Assembly: GCA_951406725.2 (NCBI GenBank)
Contig: OX597817.1
Span: 169,446,001-169,510,000 of the forward strand
DNA from: Octopus vulgaris
Taxonomy: Eukaryota
Direction: 5' to 3'
Length of the DNA stretch: 64,000 nucleotides
Part shown: positions 13,786-25,037 of the stretch, one piece after another
Numbering within the stretch: the stretch's first letter is position 1
Layout of the letters: each line of letters begins with the position of its first letter
Notes under the pieces: model-generated
Told to the model about the DNA's origin: nothing
Databases searched by the model: none
Seen by the model: the letters and a program-made list of their open reading frames with translations, nothing else
Program-made: the position numbers and the translations under genes

Positions 13786-13833
<48 letters not shown>

Positions 13834-13851
13834 ATTATTTTTTAATAACAC

Positions 13852-14243
13852 ATGCAGGAATGGCTGTGTGGTAAGAAGTTTGCTTCCCGACTACATAGTT
13901 GCAGGTTCAGTCCCACTGTATAGCACCATGGACAAATGTATTCTACTATAGCCTTGGGCTGGCCAAATCCTTGTAAGTGGATTTGAAAGATGGAAACTGA
14001 AAGAAGCCCATCATATATGTATATATTTATGCGTACCTTTGTGTTTGTCTTCCACCACCACTTGACAACTGGTGTTGGTGTGTTTACCTCCCCATGACTT
14101 GGCAGTTCAGCAAAAGATGCTGACAGGTTAAGTACCAGGTTTAGAAAAATCTGCTGAGGTCAATTCATTTGACTAAAAGTTCCTCAAGGTGGTGCCCCAG
14201 TATGGCCACAGTCTAATTACTGAAACAAGTAAAAAAATAAAGG
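13852..14243 (+). mobile_element. H1+T1 SINE, diverged, full length
   Basis: tggctgtgtggtaag...ggttcagtcccactg...cagtatggccacagtctaattactgaaacaagtaaaa. Confidence 0.85.
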
Positions 14244-14341
14244 TAACAGTTTGATTTGACCCCATGCAACTTACAGTTTTGGTGGCTCCTTCATTGAACC
14301 CAACTCATCAGGCCCTGTAGCAGCCATAGCTAAGGTTAACT

Positions 14342-14925
14342 TGAACCCATTAGCATTCGGGTCACTCTGTGGAAAATATTACTTAAAATAGAAAATTACT
14401 ATTTGCAAATCTCTCAATGAGAGATATTCTGCAACAGTACTTTAGAGTAAACATCATTTGCCAATATAACATGGCAGTCCTGGTTTAGGATGAATGTTGC
14501 TGTAATTTAACCACAGGAGACATCGTTTCCAGCTGGCTATATGACATGATCTGTGTCCTTATATTTTTGAACAAGGGCATCTGGGGATGCTAGATGCTGT
14601 TGTTCGAAAATATAAAGTCACAGATCGTGTCATATTGCCAGTTGGAGATGATGTCTCCTGGGGCTAAATTACAGCAACATTCGTCCTAAACCAGGACTGC
14701 CATGTTATGTTGGCAAATAATCTTTACTCAAGTAAGACTTAGTTATTCCCTTTGACTTAAACTAATCATGCATTATTTTGTAACTTCAGAATTTCAATGA
14801 TGTGTTTGTTTGCTTTTAGAATGACATTGTAGAGTAAGTGTGAGAAGCTGGATCTGACTGGGTTGAATATAAAGCAGGTAGAATGTTTTCGTTGGATATA
14901 GCCAGTTTAAATGCTAAAGGGTTAA
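14342..14925. mobile_element. piggyBac-like MITE (P1) interrupted by a fold-back element
   Basis: aacccattagcattc start and gctaaagggttaa end; P1 internal sequence resumes after about 14740. Confidence 0.6.
14445..14729. mobile_element. Fold-back (long hairpin) element
   Basis: Inverted arms 14445-14582 and 14592-14729 with scattered mismatches and a 9-nt spacer. Confidence 0.85.
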
Positions 14926-14974
14926 GATAAATAAGCAGTGGATCTCTCAAAAGTTTAGTATTGCTACTAACAAG

Positions 14975-15200
14975 CATATGGCTTAGTGGTTAGGGTGTTG
15001 GACTCATGACTGTAAGATTGTGGCTTCAATTCCTGGACTGGGCAATGCGTTGTGTTCATGAGCAAAACACTTCATTTCATGTTGCTCCAGTCCACTCAAC
15101 AGGTAAAAATGAGTAATTCTGTGATAGACCAGCATCCCATTGAAAGAGGAATATATACACCAGAAAATCCAGGAAACCAGTCTTAGGCTCCTTAGGTGAA
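14975..15200 (+). mobile_element. SINE, head H3 with tail T3
   Basis: TGGCTTAGTGG...CORE-like ttgtgttcatgagcaaaacacttcatttc...ccagcatcccatt...ggaaaccag. Confidence 0.75.
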
Positions 15201-15202
15201 CA

Positions 15203-15706
15203 GGCACAGGAGTGGCTGTGTGGTAAGATGGTTGCTTCCCAGCCTCATGGTTCCAGGTTCAGTCCTACAGCATGGCACCTTGGGCAAGGGTCTTCTGCTA
15301 TAGCCTCTGGCCGACCAAAGCCGTGTGAGTGGATTTGGTAGACGGAAACTGAAAGAAGCTCGTCGTATATATGTATATATATATATATATATATAGCAGC
15401 AAAATTAAGGAACGGCCATAATAGGCCGTTCAACCCACTAGAAATAGCAGCTAAGGCTTCAACCGCAAAAAAGTATTAATTCCGTAAACAAGGAGAAAAT
15501 TTAAAAATCATTTACCCTGTTATACGGAATTAATACTTTTTTGTGGTTGAAGCCTTAGCTGCTATTTCTAGTGGGTTGAACGGCCTATTATGGCCGTTCC
15601 TTAATTTTGCTGTTGAATTTATTAATAGTTTTTGACTATTTCCTTTTTCCCACTAGACCGCTGGTGGCAAATAATTTCTGCTGAATTTTTTGCTACCCTA
15701 CATTGA

Positions 15707-15737
<31 letters not shown>

Positions 15738-15916
15738 CATTTGTGTGTGTTTGTCCCCCCACCATCAGTTGACACCTGATGTTGGTACAAAAGAGACCAA
15801 TAGAATAAGTACGAGGCTTACAAAGAATAAGTCTTGGAGTCGATTTGTTCGAGTAAAGGCAGTGCTCCAGTATGGCCACAGTCAATGACTGAAACAAGTA
15901 GAAGAATTAAAGAATA
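15203..15916 (+). mobile_element. H1+T1 SINE interrupted within its internal (TA)n
   Basis: Head at 15203-15365 and tail at 15740-15916 flank a foreign palindromic insert. Confidence 0.85.
15397..15712. mobile_element. Penelope-like terminal remnant: 90-bp inverted repeat plus unpaired tail, inserted in (TA)n
   Basis: Arms 15397-15486 and 15523-15612 differ at one base; (TA)n on both sides. Confidence 0.6.
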
Positions 15917-16048
15917 ACCACTAAGAAGCACTGTGGAAATAATACCTGTAAACACATAGTATACGCAATGCTGTCTGTGACTGCACAGTGAACTAGATTG
16001 GTAGCCATGGGAGTTTCAAATTCTCCTTCACAATTCATCTGGATCAAT

Positions 16049-16258
16049 TACTCTTTACTCTTTTACTTGTTTCAGTCATTTGACTGCGGCCATGCTGGAG
16101 CACCGCCTTTAGTCGAGCAAATCGACCCCGGGACTTATTCTTTGTAAGCCCAGTACTTATTCTATCAGTCTCTTTTGCTGAACCGCTAAGTGACGGGGAC
16201 ATAAACACACCAGCATCGGTTGTCAAGCAATGCTAGGGGGACAAACACAGACACACAA

Positions 16259-16299
<41 letters not shown>

Positions 16300-16363
16300 A
16301 AAGGCTTCTTTCAGTTTCCGTCTACCAAATCCACTCACAAGGCATTGGTCGGCCCGAGGCTAT
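16049..16363 (-). mobile_element. H1+T1 SINE lacking its 5' head
   Basis: Near-identical to 10712-11038. Confidence 0.85.
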
Positions 16364-16419
16364 TGATGTGCTGGACCATTAGTTGCTGGAAAATTGTGGG
16401 TGTACTTATATGTAATGAA

Positions 16420-16852
16420 TCAAAATTGAACCAAGTCCTATGACTGGCACCCGGCCATTGCCAGTGCCGCTGGACTGACTCCTGTGCAGGTGGCAAGTAA
16501 AGAGACACCGTTTGGACCCTGTACTTGAGGAAACCTATTGAGTCAAGTACATCAACATCAAAAATCAATGGAAATTGTAGTTGTGATCCCTGTGCCGGTG
16601 GCATGTAAAAAGCACCAACCAATCATGGCTGTTGCTAGCCTCACCTGGCACTTGTGCCGGTGGCACGTAAAAAGCACCCACTACACTCATGGAGTGGTTG
16701 GCATTAGGAAGGGCATCCAGCTGTAGAAAGTCTGCCAGATCAGATTGGAGCCTGGTGCAGCCTTCTGGCTTCCCAGACCCTGGTCAAACCGTCCAACTCA
16801 TGCTAGCATGGAAAACGGATGTTAAACGATGATGATGATGATGATGATGATG
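16420..16852 (+). mobile_element. Family F repeat (RTE 3'-UTR-derived)
   Basis: gtgccggtggcacgtaaaaagcacc subunits and (GAT)n tail. Confidence 0.85.
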
Positions 16853-17938
16853 AATATTTGTCTAACACCTTGTTCTTTGCTCAGAACACCCTGCAGTGGG
16901 ATGGAACTCAAAACCTCATGGTTGTGAGTAAACTTCATAACCACACAACCATGCTTGTGTGTCTAATATTTAACAAAACCAACGTAAGGAAAAGCATGGT
17001 TGCAAAGAATATTGAAAGTTAAGGGGATAGTCTTGTGTTTCTATCTTTCTTTTTTTTTTCTTTTTTTCTCTTTTTTTTTTGTAGTTATCAGCTGCCAATA
17101 GAATCCAAGAAAGTGAGTTGGATGATAAAAAAGAAAAAAAGAAATATTTTAATCATTGATACGATGTGCAGTCATCTATTTAATGAAATACCGCTAACTA
17201 AAGAGCTAAAATGGAAATACACACTGGGAATAAATTCTAAAGCCCATTTATGTACACACACACACACACACATACACACACATACATATGTGTGTATGAA
17301 GGAAAAAATCTTTGCTGCGGCAATTGTAAAGTTTCTGATTTATATAACCAACTTGTCTGGAAATTTCTTTTGTACAGCAGCAATGGAGGAATTGCTAAGT
17401 ATGGTGTTAGTGTAGAGCTTTTGATATATTCCTGGTCTTTTACAAGCTAAATTGCTTAAATAAATTGTTATTTTATGACTCTGGATATTCACTGACACTT
17501 GGTGTGTAAAGAACTGACAGATTCAAAGGTGAGAGGAAATAAACAGAGAAACATGTATCTGACATTCCAAGAGAAATGGTCCAATGCCGCCGCAGCTGTT
17601 TTAGGAGACAATAAAGAAAATATTCTGAAGTTGAATAAAGACCGGGAGAAGGAAGAGAGGAAAGAAGAGAGACTTGTATGGATGACTAAAGCTTAAGAAA
17701 CCCCTAGCTGCATTCATTTGCATAAATGACCAGAGTCTGAATGGAGCTGGATTTTCGTGACAGAAAAAAATAAAAATTAATTGCCGAAATGTTAATGTCA
17801 CATGACAATGGCTAACGGGGGGGGGGGGAACTAGTCAGTTGGAACAAAGATGAGCAAAGTTAATGGTAAACTGGACTGTTGTCATCAGATTGATTACACA
17901 ACTTCATCACATCTAAAGAAGACTATACTCTTCTACAG

Positions 17939-18321
17939 TGAAGGCGCAATGGCCCAGTGGTTAGGGCAGCAGACTCGTGGTCATAGGATCGCGGTTTCGA
18001 TTCCCAGACCGGGCGTTGTGAGTGTTTATTGAACGAAAACACCTAAAGCTCCATGAGGCTCCGGCAGGGGATGGTGGTGAACCCTGCTGTACTCTTTCAC
18101 CACAACTTTCTCTCACTCTTACTTCCTGTTTCTGTTGTACCTGTATTTCAAGGGGCCGGCCTTGTCACTCTCTGTGTCACGCTGAATATCCCTGAGAACT
18201 ACGTTAAGGGTACACGTGTCTGTGGAGTGCTCAGCCACTTACACGTTAATTTCACGAGTAGGCTGTTCCGTTGATCGGATCAACCGGAACCCTCGTCGTC
18301 GGAACCGACGCAGTGCTTCCC
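17939..18321 (+). mobile_element. SINE, head H2 with tail T2
   Basis: A and B boxes present; 12-bp TSD actcttctacag at 17927-17938 and 18322-18333. Confidence 0.9.
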
Positions 18322-18594
18322 ACTCTTCTACAGAAGAAAACTGTATATTTGAATATATATGCTTGATTGCATATATTTGCTGTGTGTGTATCATGAGTGT
18401 CATTTTAGCGTCCACTTCTCTATACTCACATGAGCCAGATGGAATTTGTCGAGGCAGATTTTCTACAGCCAAATGCTCTTCCTGTCACCAATGCTCACCT
18501 CTTTTCTAAGTAAGGTAATATTTTTCTCCATGACCAGACATGTTTTCATGGCAGATTGGAAATGAAGAACCCTGCTTGCATAATGGTGACACTT

Positions 18595-18999
18595 TCTTTT
18601 ATTCTTTTTTTTTTGTTTCAGTCGTTTGACTGTGGCCATGCTGGAGCACCGCCTTTAGTCGAGCAAATCGACCCTAGGACTTATTCTTTGTAAGCCTAGA
18701 ACTTATTCTATCGGTCTCTCTTGCCGAAGTGCTAAGTGACGGGCACGTAAACACACTAGCATTGGTTGTCAAGCGATGTTGGGGGGACAAACACAGACAC
18801 ACAAACATATACATACACACACACACACACATATACGACGGGTTTCTTTCAGTTTCCATCTACCATATCCACTCACAAGACTTTGGTCGGCCCGAGGCTA
18901 TAGTAGAAGACGTTTGCCCAAAGTGCCACACAATGGGGCTGAATCCGGAACCATGTGGTCGGTAAGCAAGCTACTTACCACACAGCCACTCCTGTGCCT
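18595..18999 (-). mobile_element. H1+T1 SINE
   Basis: Matches 10712-11135. Confidence 0.9.
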
Positions 19000-19113
19000 A
19001 CAACCACTCCTGCAACCATCACACAGTGTCAAGGCATGGAGACAGTAACACCCATATATACATTCACAGGCATTCATATATAAGAAAAGAAACAAATAAT
19101 GGGCATTATGCAT

Positions 19114-19526
19114 TTATTTTACTTGTTTCAGTCATTTGACTGCGGCCATGCTGGAGCACCGCCTTTAGTCGAGCAACTCGACCCCGGGACTTATTCTTTG
19201 TAAGCCCAGTACTTATTCTATCGGTCTCTTTTGCCGAACCGCTAAGTGACGGGGACGTAAACACACCAGCATCGGTTGTCACGCAATGCTAGGTGGGGAG
19301 GACAAACACAGACACACAAACACACACACACATACATACATATATATATATATACATATATACGACAGGCTTCTTTCAGTTTCCGTCTACCAAATCCACT
19401 CACAAGGCATTGGTCGGCCCAGGGCTATAGCATAAGACACTTGCCTAAGATGCCACGCAGTGGGACTGAACCTGGAACCATGTGGTTGGTTAGCAAGCTA
19501 CTTACCACACAGCCACTCCTGCACCT
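19114..19526 (-). mobile_element. H1+T1 SINE
   Basis: Matches 10712-11135. Confidence 0.9.
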
Positions 19527-20012
19527 TTATTTTATTTGTGCAATGTAGACTTACACCTATTTCTGACACACATTTTGGGTGTGTTCATGAGTCAGTTTAC
19601 TCAATTGGTTTTTTTGATCGATTGAAAATAGTGGATGACTATTAAAAATACTATCATCTTTAGAGCTTAGCGTCTTCAGTGTATATATATATATATATCA
19701 CAACTTTTTTTACTATTCTTCTCTGGTTTATCCTTTCCTCTTAAAGCCTGTAAAACCTATTACACCTACCTACTAATGAATTTTAGCATTGCATACAATT
19801 AAAGCAGTACCCACAGAAACCAGTTGTATATTTCAGGGTTTATGTAGGGTTAGTGAATCTAAAACCTTACATGCTATAATTTATTTTAATCATTGACAGC
19901 TAAATCTAACTTTTAATGTTAAAAGTCCTATATGAATTCCAGTACATCTCATTTTAAATAATACAGTATATATGTGAGTAAAAACTGTTAGTGAATACAT
20001 ATAAATATATAT

Positions 20013-20262
20013 AATATTCTCCCAAAGAGTCTGAGGAACTTGCACAAAGTAGATGTAGCGGTTTTTAAATCAAAGCTGGACATCTTCCTGTCAAGAGTCC
20101 CAGATGAACCTACCTCACGGCAGGAGGTGCAAATGAGAGTAGCTATATCAAACTCCATTCTTCACCAAGTGCCACATATTAGACGAGGTTCATCGTAATA
20201 ACAGTGTAGCACAAAACGGTGGTGTATCAGCATGGCCGCAGCTCTGAGCTGAAACTAGAAAA

Positions 20263-20266
<4 letters not shown>
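20013..20266 (+). mobile_element. CR1-group LINE extreme 3' end (candidate partner of SINE tail T1)
   Basis: Reads NILPKSLRNLHKVDVAVFKSKLDIFLSRVPDEPTSRQ...* (stop 20196-20198), then cagcatggccgcagctctgagctgaaactag and an A-tract. Confidence 0.75.
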
Positions 20267-20297
<31 letters not shown>

Positions 20298-20346
20298 AAA
20301 CAAGTTAAAAATAGAAAATGCTAAAATAATTTTATAGTGAACATTT

Positions 20347-20384
20347 CAGTACCGGTTTCGGTCATTTTGAGACCTTTTCAACTG
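20347..20384 (-). ncRNA. Minimal type I hammerhead ribozyme, U3-A8 core variant
   Basis: CAG UUGAAAA GGUC ucaaaau GACC GAAA CCGG UA|CUG: stems I and II pair, stem III is palindromic, GUA cleavage triplet. Confidence 0.6.
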
Positions 20385-20576
20385 TAACGATTAAATAATT
20401 AAATTTAGAAAAATTAGAAGAAAAGTTTTTTTAAAGGAATATTTCTATAGTAGTGTTCAGATATAAGTAGCATTCTGCCTTTCTCTGACTCCCTTGTTTG
20501 CACTTGTGTGTTGGAGGTCGTTGATATCATCAATATCATCATCATCATCATCATTGTCCTCATCTTTTAACGTCCA

Positions 20577-20822
20577 ATGATGTGTGATGTCTTTCCCAGG
20601 AACATGACATAGCCTCCATATGCAGTTTCACCTTGAGATTACAAGGGCATCACTGTCTCTCTTGTTCACCATGTACTTTGGGACAATCTCCTGTTCCTGG
20701 ATTGCAAACGCATATCCTTCAAAGTGTGATGTGATGTAGTGGTCTTGTGTCCAAAAGAGGCTGTGCTTCGTGTCAGTTCTACTGTCCTATTCAAGCTTCC
20801 TGGCAAGATACCCATGCATAGT
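20577..20822 (-). mobile_element. R4/Dong-clade LINE fragment (region preceding the CCHC knuckle)
   Basis: TMHGYLARKLE*...WTQDHYITSHFEGYAFAIQEQEIVPKYMVNKRD...WRLCHVPGKDITH, with stops. Confidence 0.7.
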
Positions 20823-21496
20823 CTATTTTTGTATGTATGTATGTATGTATGTAACTACGTACATATATATGTATGAAAGTGTGTGTGTGTGTATTAAAAA
20901 TATATAAATGGTTTAGATTTATATAATGTAAACTTACATAATTCATTTAATTGTATGATCTCTGACAGGAAAAAAAAACTGAATACATCAACCTATGAAA
21001 GTCAAGCTACATAGCTATTGTATACTGAATGATTTTGTGACTGAAGATTAGCTCAAAGTGTCTCTGAACAACTTGATAAACTAATAGTGTTTACCTTTCT
21101 TTCTATCACAAAAGGATTGCAAATATTTTTATAGTTCTTCAGAAAAGGCGCTCTGTTACTGTCTAGCACATTCCAGTTTCACAATGAAACTCATTGTGTG
21201 TGTGTGTGTGCATGTGCGTGTGTATATGTGTATGTGTGTGTGTGTGTGAATATGTAGGTAGTAAATTGGTGAAATTGTTAGAACATCAGATAGAACATCT
21301 TGCTGTATCTGTTCTGGATCTCTATTCTATAAGTTCAAATCTCATGGAGGACAACCTTGCCTTTTATCCTTTTGAAATTGGTAAATCAACAGCCAAGTAT
21401 TGATTCTTCTCCCTCCCTTTCTCTCTCTTTCTCTCTCTCTCCTTCTCTCTCTCCCTCTCCCATCCTATCTCTCTCTTTGGATGTGTGTGTGTGTGT

Positions 21497-21752
21497 CATC
21501 ATCATCATCATCATTGTTTAACGTCCGTTCTCCATGCTACCATGGGTTGGACGGTTCGACCGGGGATCTGGGAAGCCAGGAGGCTGCACCAGGCTCCGGT
21601 CTAATCTGGCAATGTTTCTACAGCTGGATGCCCTTCCTAACGCCAACCACTCTGAGAGTGTAGTGGGTGCTTTTTACGTGCCACCTGCACTGGTGCCAGG
21701 CGAGGCTGGCATCGGCCACGGTCGGATTGGTGCATTTTATGTGCCACCGGCA
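21497..21752 (-). mobile_element. Family F repeat
   Basis: (ATC)n-gtttaacgtccgttctccatgc...cccttcctaacgcc. Confidence 0.85.
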
Positions 21753-21805
21753 CATGTGTATATATATATATATATGTGTATATATATATGTGTATATATA
21801 TATAC

Positions 21806-21838
<33 letters not shown>

Positions 21839-21843
<5 letters not shown>

Positions 21844-22043
21844 TTTATAGAAGGAGCTTCTACAGGACTAGAACTCAGTAAATAAGGTACCCAATACATA
21901 GCAGCGTAAATTAATTTATTTTATAGAAGGAGCTTCTACAGGACTAGAACTCTACAGGACTGGAGTTCTAGTCCTATGTACATTACGCTGCTATGTATTG
22001 AGTACCTTATTTACTGTGGTTAACCCCGACTCAACCCGGGACC

Positions 22044-22046
<3 letters not shown>
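21839..22046. mobile_element. Rearranged Penelope-like terminal remnant, same family as 41113-41308
   Basis: Shares tattttatagaaggagcttctacaggactagaact and the terminus ggttaaccccgactcaacccgggacctac; (TA)n flanks; hammerhead core absent. Confidence 0.7.
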
Positions 22047-22086
<40 letters not shown>

Positions 22087-22340
22087 ATTACTGAAGATGC
22101 ATCTGGAAATCTGTGAATATCTATAGAGTTTATATAAATATATACATCAACAAAAAGAGTGAAATGAGCAACACATTATATTGTATAATACTGAAATTGT
22201 TTCATCACCATTTTTGCTAATAGTCATTACAAATATTGAATAGTCATTACAAATACTGGTATGATGTTTTATTTCATTTATTATATAATAATATTTCAGC
22301 GAAGATCTTCCGGTAAAATTGTGATGAAACAATTGTAGTC

Positions 22341-22561
22341 TCTCTCTTTTACTCTTCTACTTGTTTCAGTCATTTGACTGTGGCCATGCTGGAGCACCGC
22401 CTTTAGTCGAACAACTCGACCCCGGGACTTATTCTTTGTAAGCCTAGTACTTATTCTATGAGCCTCTTTTGCCGAGCTGCTAAGTGACGGGGACATAAAC
22501 ACACCAGCATCGGTTGTCAAGCAATGCTAGGGGGACAAACACAGACACACAAACACGCACG

Positions 22562-22601
<40 letters not shown>

Positions 22602-22775
22602 TACATATATACGACGGGCTTCTTTCAGTTTCCGTCTACCAAATCCACTCACAAGGCTTTGGTCGGCCCGAGGCTATAGTAGAAGACACTTGCCCAAGGT
22701 GCCACGCAGTGGGACTGAACCCAGAACCATGTGGTTGGTAAGCAAGCTACTTACCACACAGCCACTCCTGCGCCT
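22341..22775 (-). mobile_element. H1+T1 SINE
   Basis: Matches 10712-11135. Confidence 0.9.
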
Positions 22776-22837
22776 GTATTATGTAATAAAGCATGTTGTT
22801 TACTCCTCTATCTTTTTTGATACTTACATATATATTT

Positions 22838-22980
22838 CCAGTCCCAACAGATCACCAGTGCCCAACCTGCAACAGAGCTTTCAAGCTTGCATCAGTCTGA
22901 TTGGCCACAGCCAGAAACACAATGCCCTGTCCTCTCCCATTTGATGTACTTGGTCATCATTGATGATGATAGACTAATGA
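22838..22980 (+). mobile_element. RTE-clade (BovB-like) 3' stub with C2H2 motif
   Basis: PVPTDHQCPTCNRAF/QACISLIGHSQKH (frameshifted); homologous to 26090-26200. Confidence 0.65.
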
Positions 22981-22990
22981 TAACAATAAT

Positions 22991-23451
22991 AAGATGGGCT
23001 ACAGCAAATATTCTGCTCAATGCCACAGATTTGCTTGTCAGTTGTTTGACCATTACCAGTTGAGCATGTTCCTTAGTGGCTGATGATATGTGCATCTCTG
23101 ATCACGAGCAGAAGTATTGGGGGAGCATCATAGCCATGTGTTGAGAGGGATTCTTTGGGGTTTGAATAATTCACCTCTGGAAACATGGGTGGTTCTTTCA
23201 ACATCCTTAAAAACCCTTATTCAGGGACCTTTGAGCGGGATGGGCTACTCAACCTGAAGAAAATTCTAACTGGGCCCCACCTGCAAGGTCATGTGCTGTT
23301 TATCTTGATATGAGATCACCATGTCGCGCACATATGGTTGTGATGCATGTGCGTGGTGTGCCCTTATCAGACGGGTAGTCATGATGGGAATATTGGGCTT
23401 CGTATATTTTACCCCAGTGTTACTTTGATGGCATGCACTGCTCTCTCACTC

Positions 23452-23452
<1 letters not shown>
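22991..23452. mobile_element. Unclassified interspersed element ending in (TAA)n
   Basis: GC-richer block between a short TAA run and a long (AAT)n array; no ORF; resembles a retroposon 3' UTR. Confidence 0.35.
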
Positions 23453-23516
<64 letters not shown>

Positions 23517-23569
23517 TGATGATGATGATAACAACAACAACTACAACAATAATAATAATGATAATAATA

Positions 23570-23760
23570 ATCCATCCTACTAAAGGCGCAAGGCCTAAAA
23601 TTTTGGGGGTGGGGGCTAGTCAACTATATTAACCACAGCACATAACTGATACTTAGTTCATCGACCCCGAAAGGATAAAAGGCAAAGTCAACCATGGCAG
23701 AATTTGAACACAGAATGTAAGGATGGATGAAATGCCACAAAGCAGTTCACCTGACATGTT
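23570..23760 (-). mobile_element. Diverged H4 SINE with alternative tail
   Basis: tcgaccccgaaaggataaaaggcaaagtcaacc and caaggcctaaaatttt. Confidence 0.7.
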
Positions 23761-23774
23761 TTCATATGATATTA

Positions 23775-24160
23775 CTTCATTGATACAGGTCTTCCATACA
23801 TTGCACCATTAGCTCACCATACATCACACATTAACTCACTACAGTCTCTCTATTCACTACAGGTCTTCCATAAAACACACCGTACTGCCTGTTTGTTCAC
23901 TACAGGTCTTCCATATAACATCACTTTACTGACACATCTTAGTCTTTCTATTAACTTCAGGTTTTTAGTACAACGTCATACCACTAACTTACTATACAGT
24001 CTCTCTATTGACTACAGGTCTTCCATACATCACTCCACTAACTCACCATACAGTCTTTCTATTGACTACAGGTCTTCCATACATTACACCACTAACTCAC
24101 CATACAGTCTTTCTGTTGATTACAGGTCTTCCATACATCACACTACTGACACTCCATTCT
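23775..24160. repeat. Minisatellite with a unit of about 51 bp
   Basis: Repeated ctattgactacaggtcttccatacatcactccactaactcaccatacagtcttt-like units. Confidence 0.85.
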
Positions 24161-25037
24161 GTTCATTCTTTTTCAAAAAAAGAAAAAAATTTATGACGAG
24201 ATTTGGAATTATTTTTCACTATCCCCCCCACCCCCCGTGAAAATTTGACAGAATGGAATGCCACAGAATATCAGCTCTGTGTCATTCATTGTTGACTGAA
24301 TAAAAAGACAGATGAAGCTAATGTACACTTCCTGTGTATTTCGGAGCGATGCTTCTGATTCCATAGTCTTTGCAATGCTTATATTGGGGCTAAAAAAACT
24401 AAACAAAGCAAAAAAAAAAAAAACCAAAAAAAAAAACCTTCTGTATTGATTGTTGTCAGCACTGACAAACATCAATATAATGATATGCCAGGAAATCAAT
24501 CGATTTTTCCACAGAAACCATTCATTAGGAATTAAAACCATAAAAATGTTTAGTAGTTGAACAATAAACATATTTATTATTTACAAATCCATTATTCTCA
24601 TTCTCAATGAATCTTATTAATGGTAGTATTAAAAAAAAAACATTATAAAATAAAAAATAAAAGCAAAAGTTCTCCTGCGTTCATATCGTTAGTGGTTGTT
24701 GTTTGTTTGTTTGTAAATATTGCTAATTTGAAGTCTAATAATATTAACTGGGAATCTTTGAGAGAAATAACATGATTTTTGTTTACATTTGGTATGAAAT
24801 TCGATATTTTTGTTACTGTATATTAATAATAACTACAAGGGCGCCAGGAATTTCCATGTTCTATAATAGCTCTTATTTCTGTTTTGATGTCTAAATTTAC
24901 AGAACTTCATAACATAGTTTTATTCTATTACATATTTTGATTGTCCTTCATTTGAGTTAAGGTTATTTAAAGTGTAACGCACGAACTTATTTCATTATTT
25001 GAAATGTTTCAATTATATATTTGATTTTGTTTCTTAT

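Noticed and set aside
23775-24160. Regularly spaced repeats resembling a CRISPR array
   Set aside because: Whole units repeat without unique spacers, and the context is eukaryotic with no cas genes. The same applies to 59446-59519.
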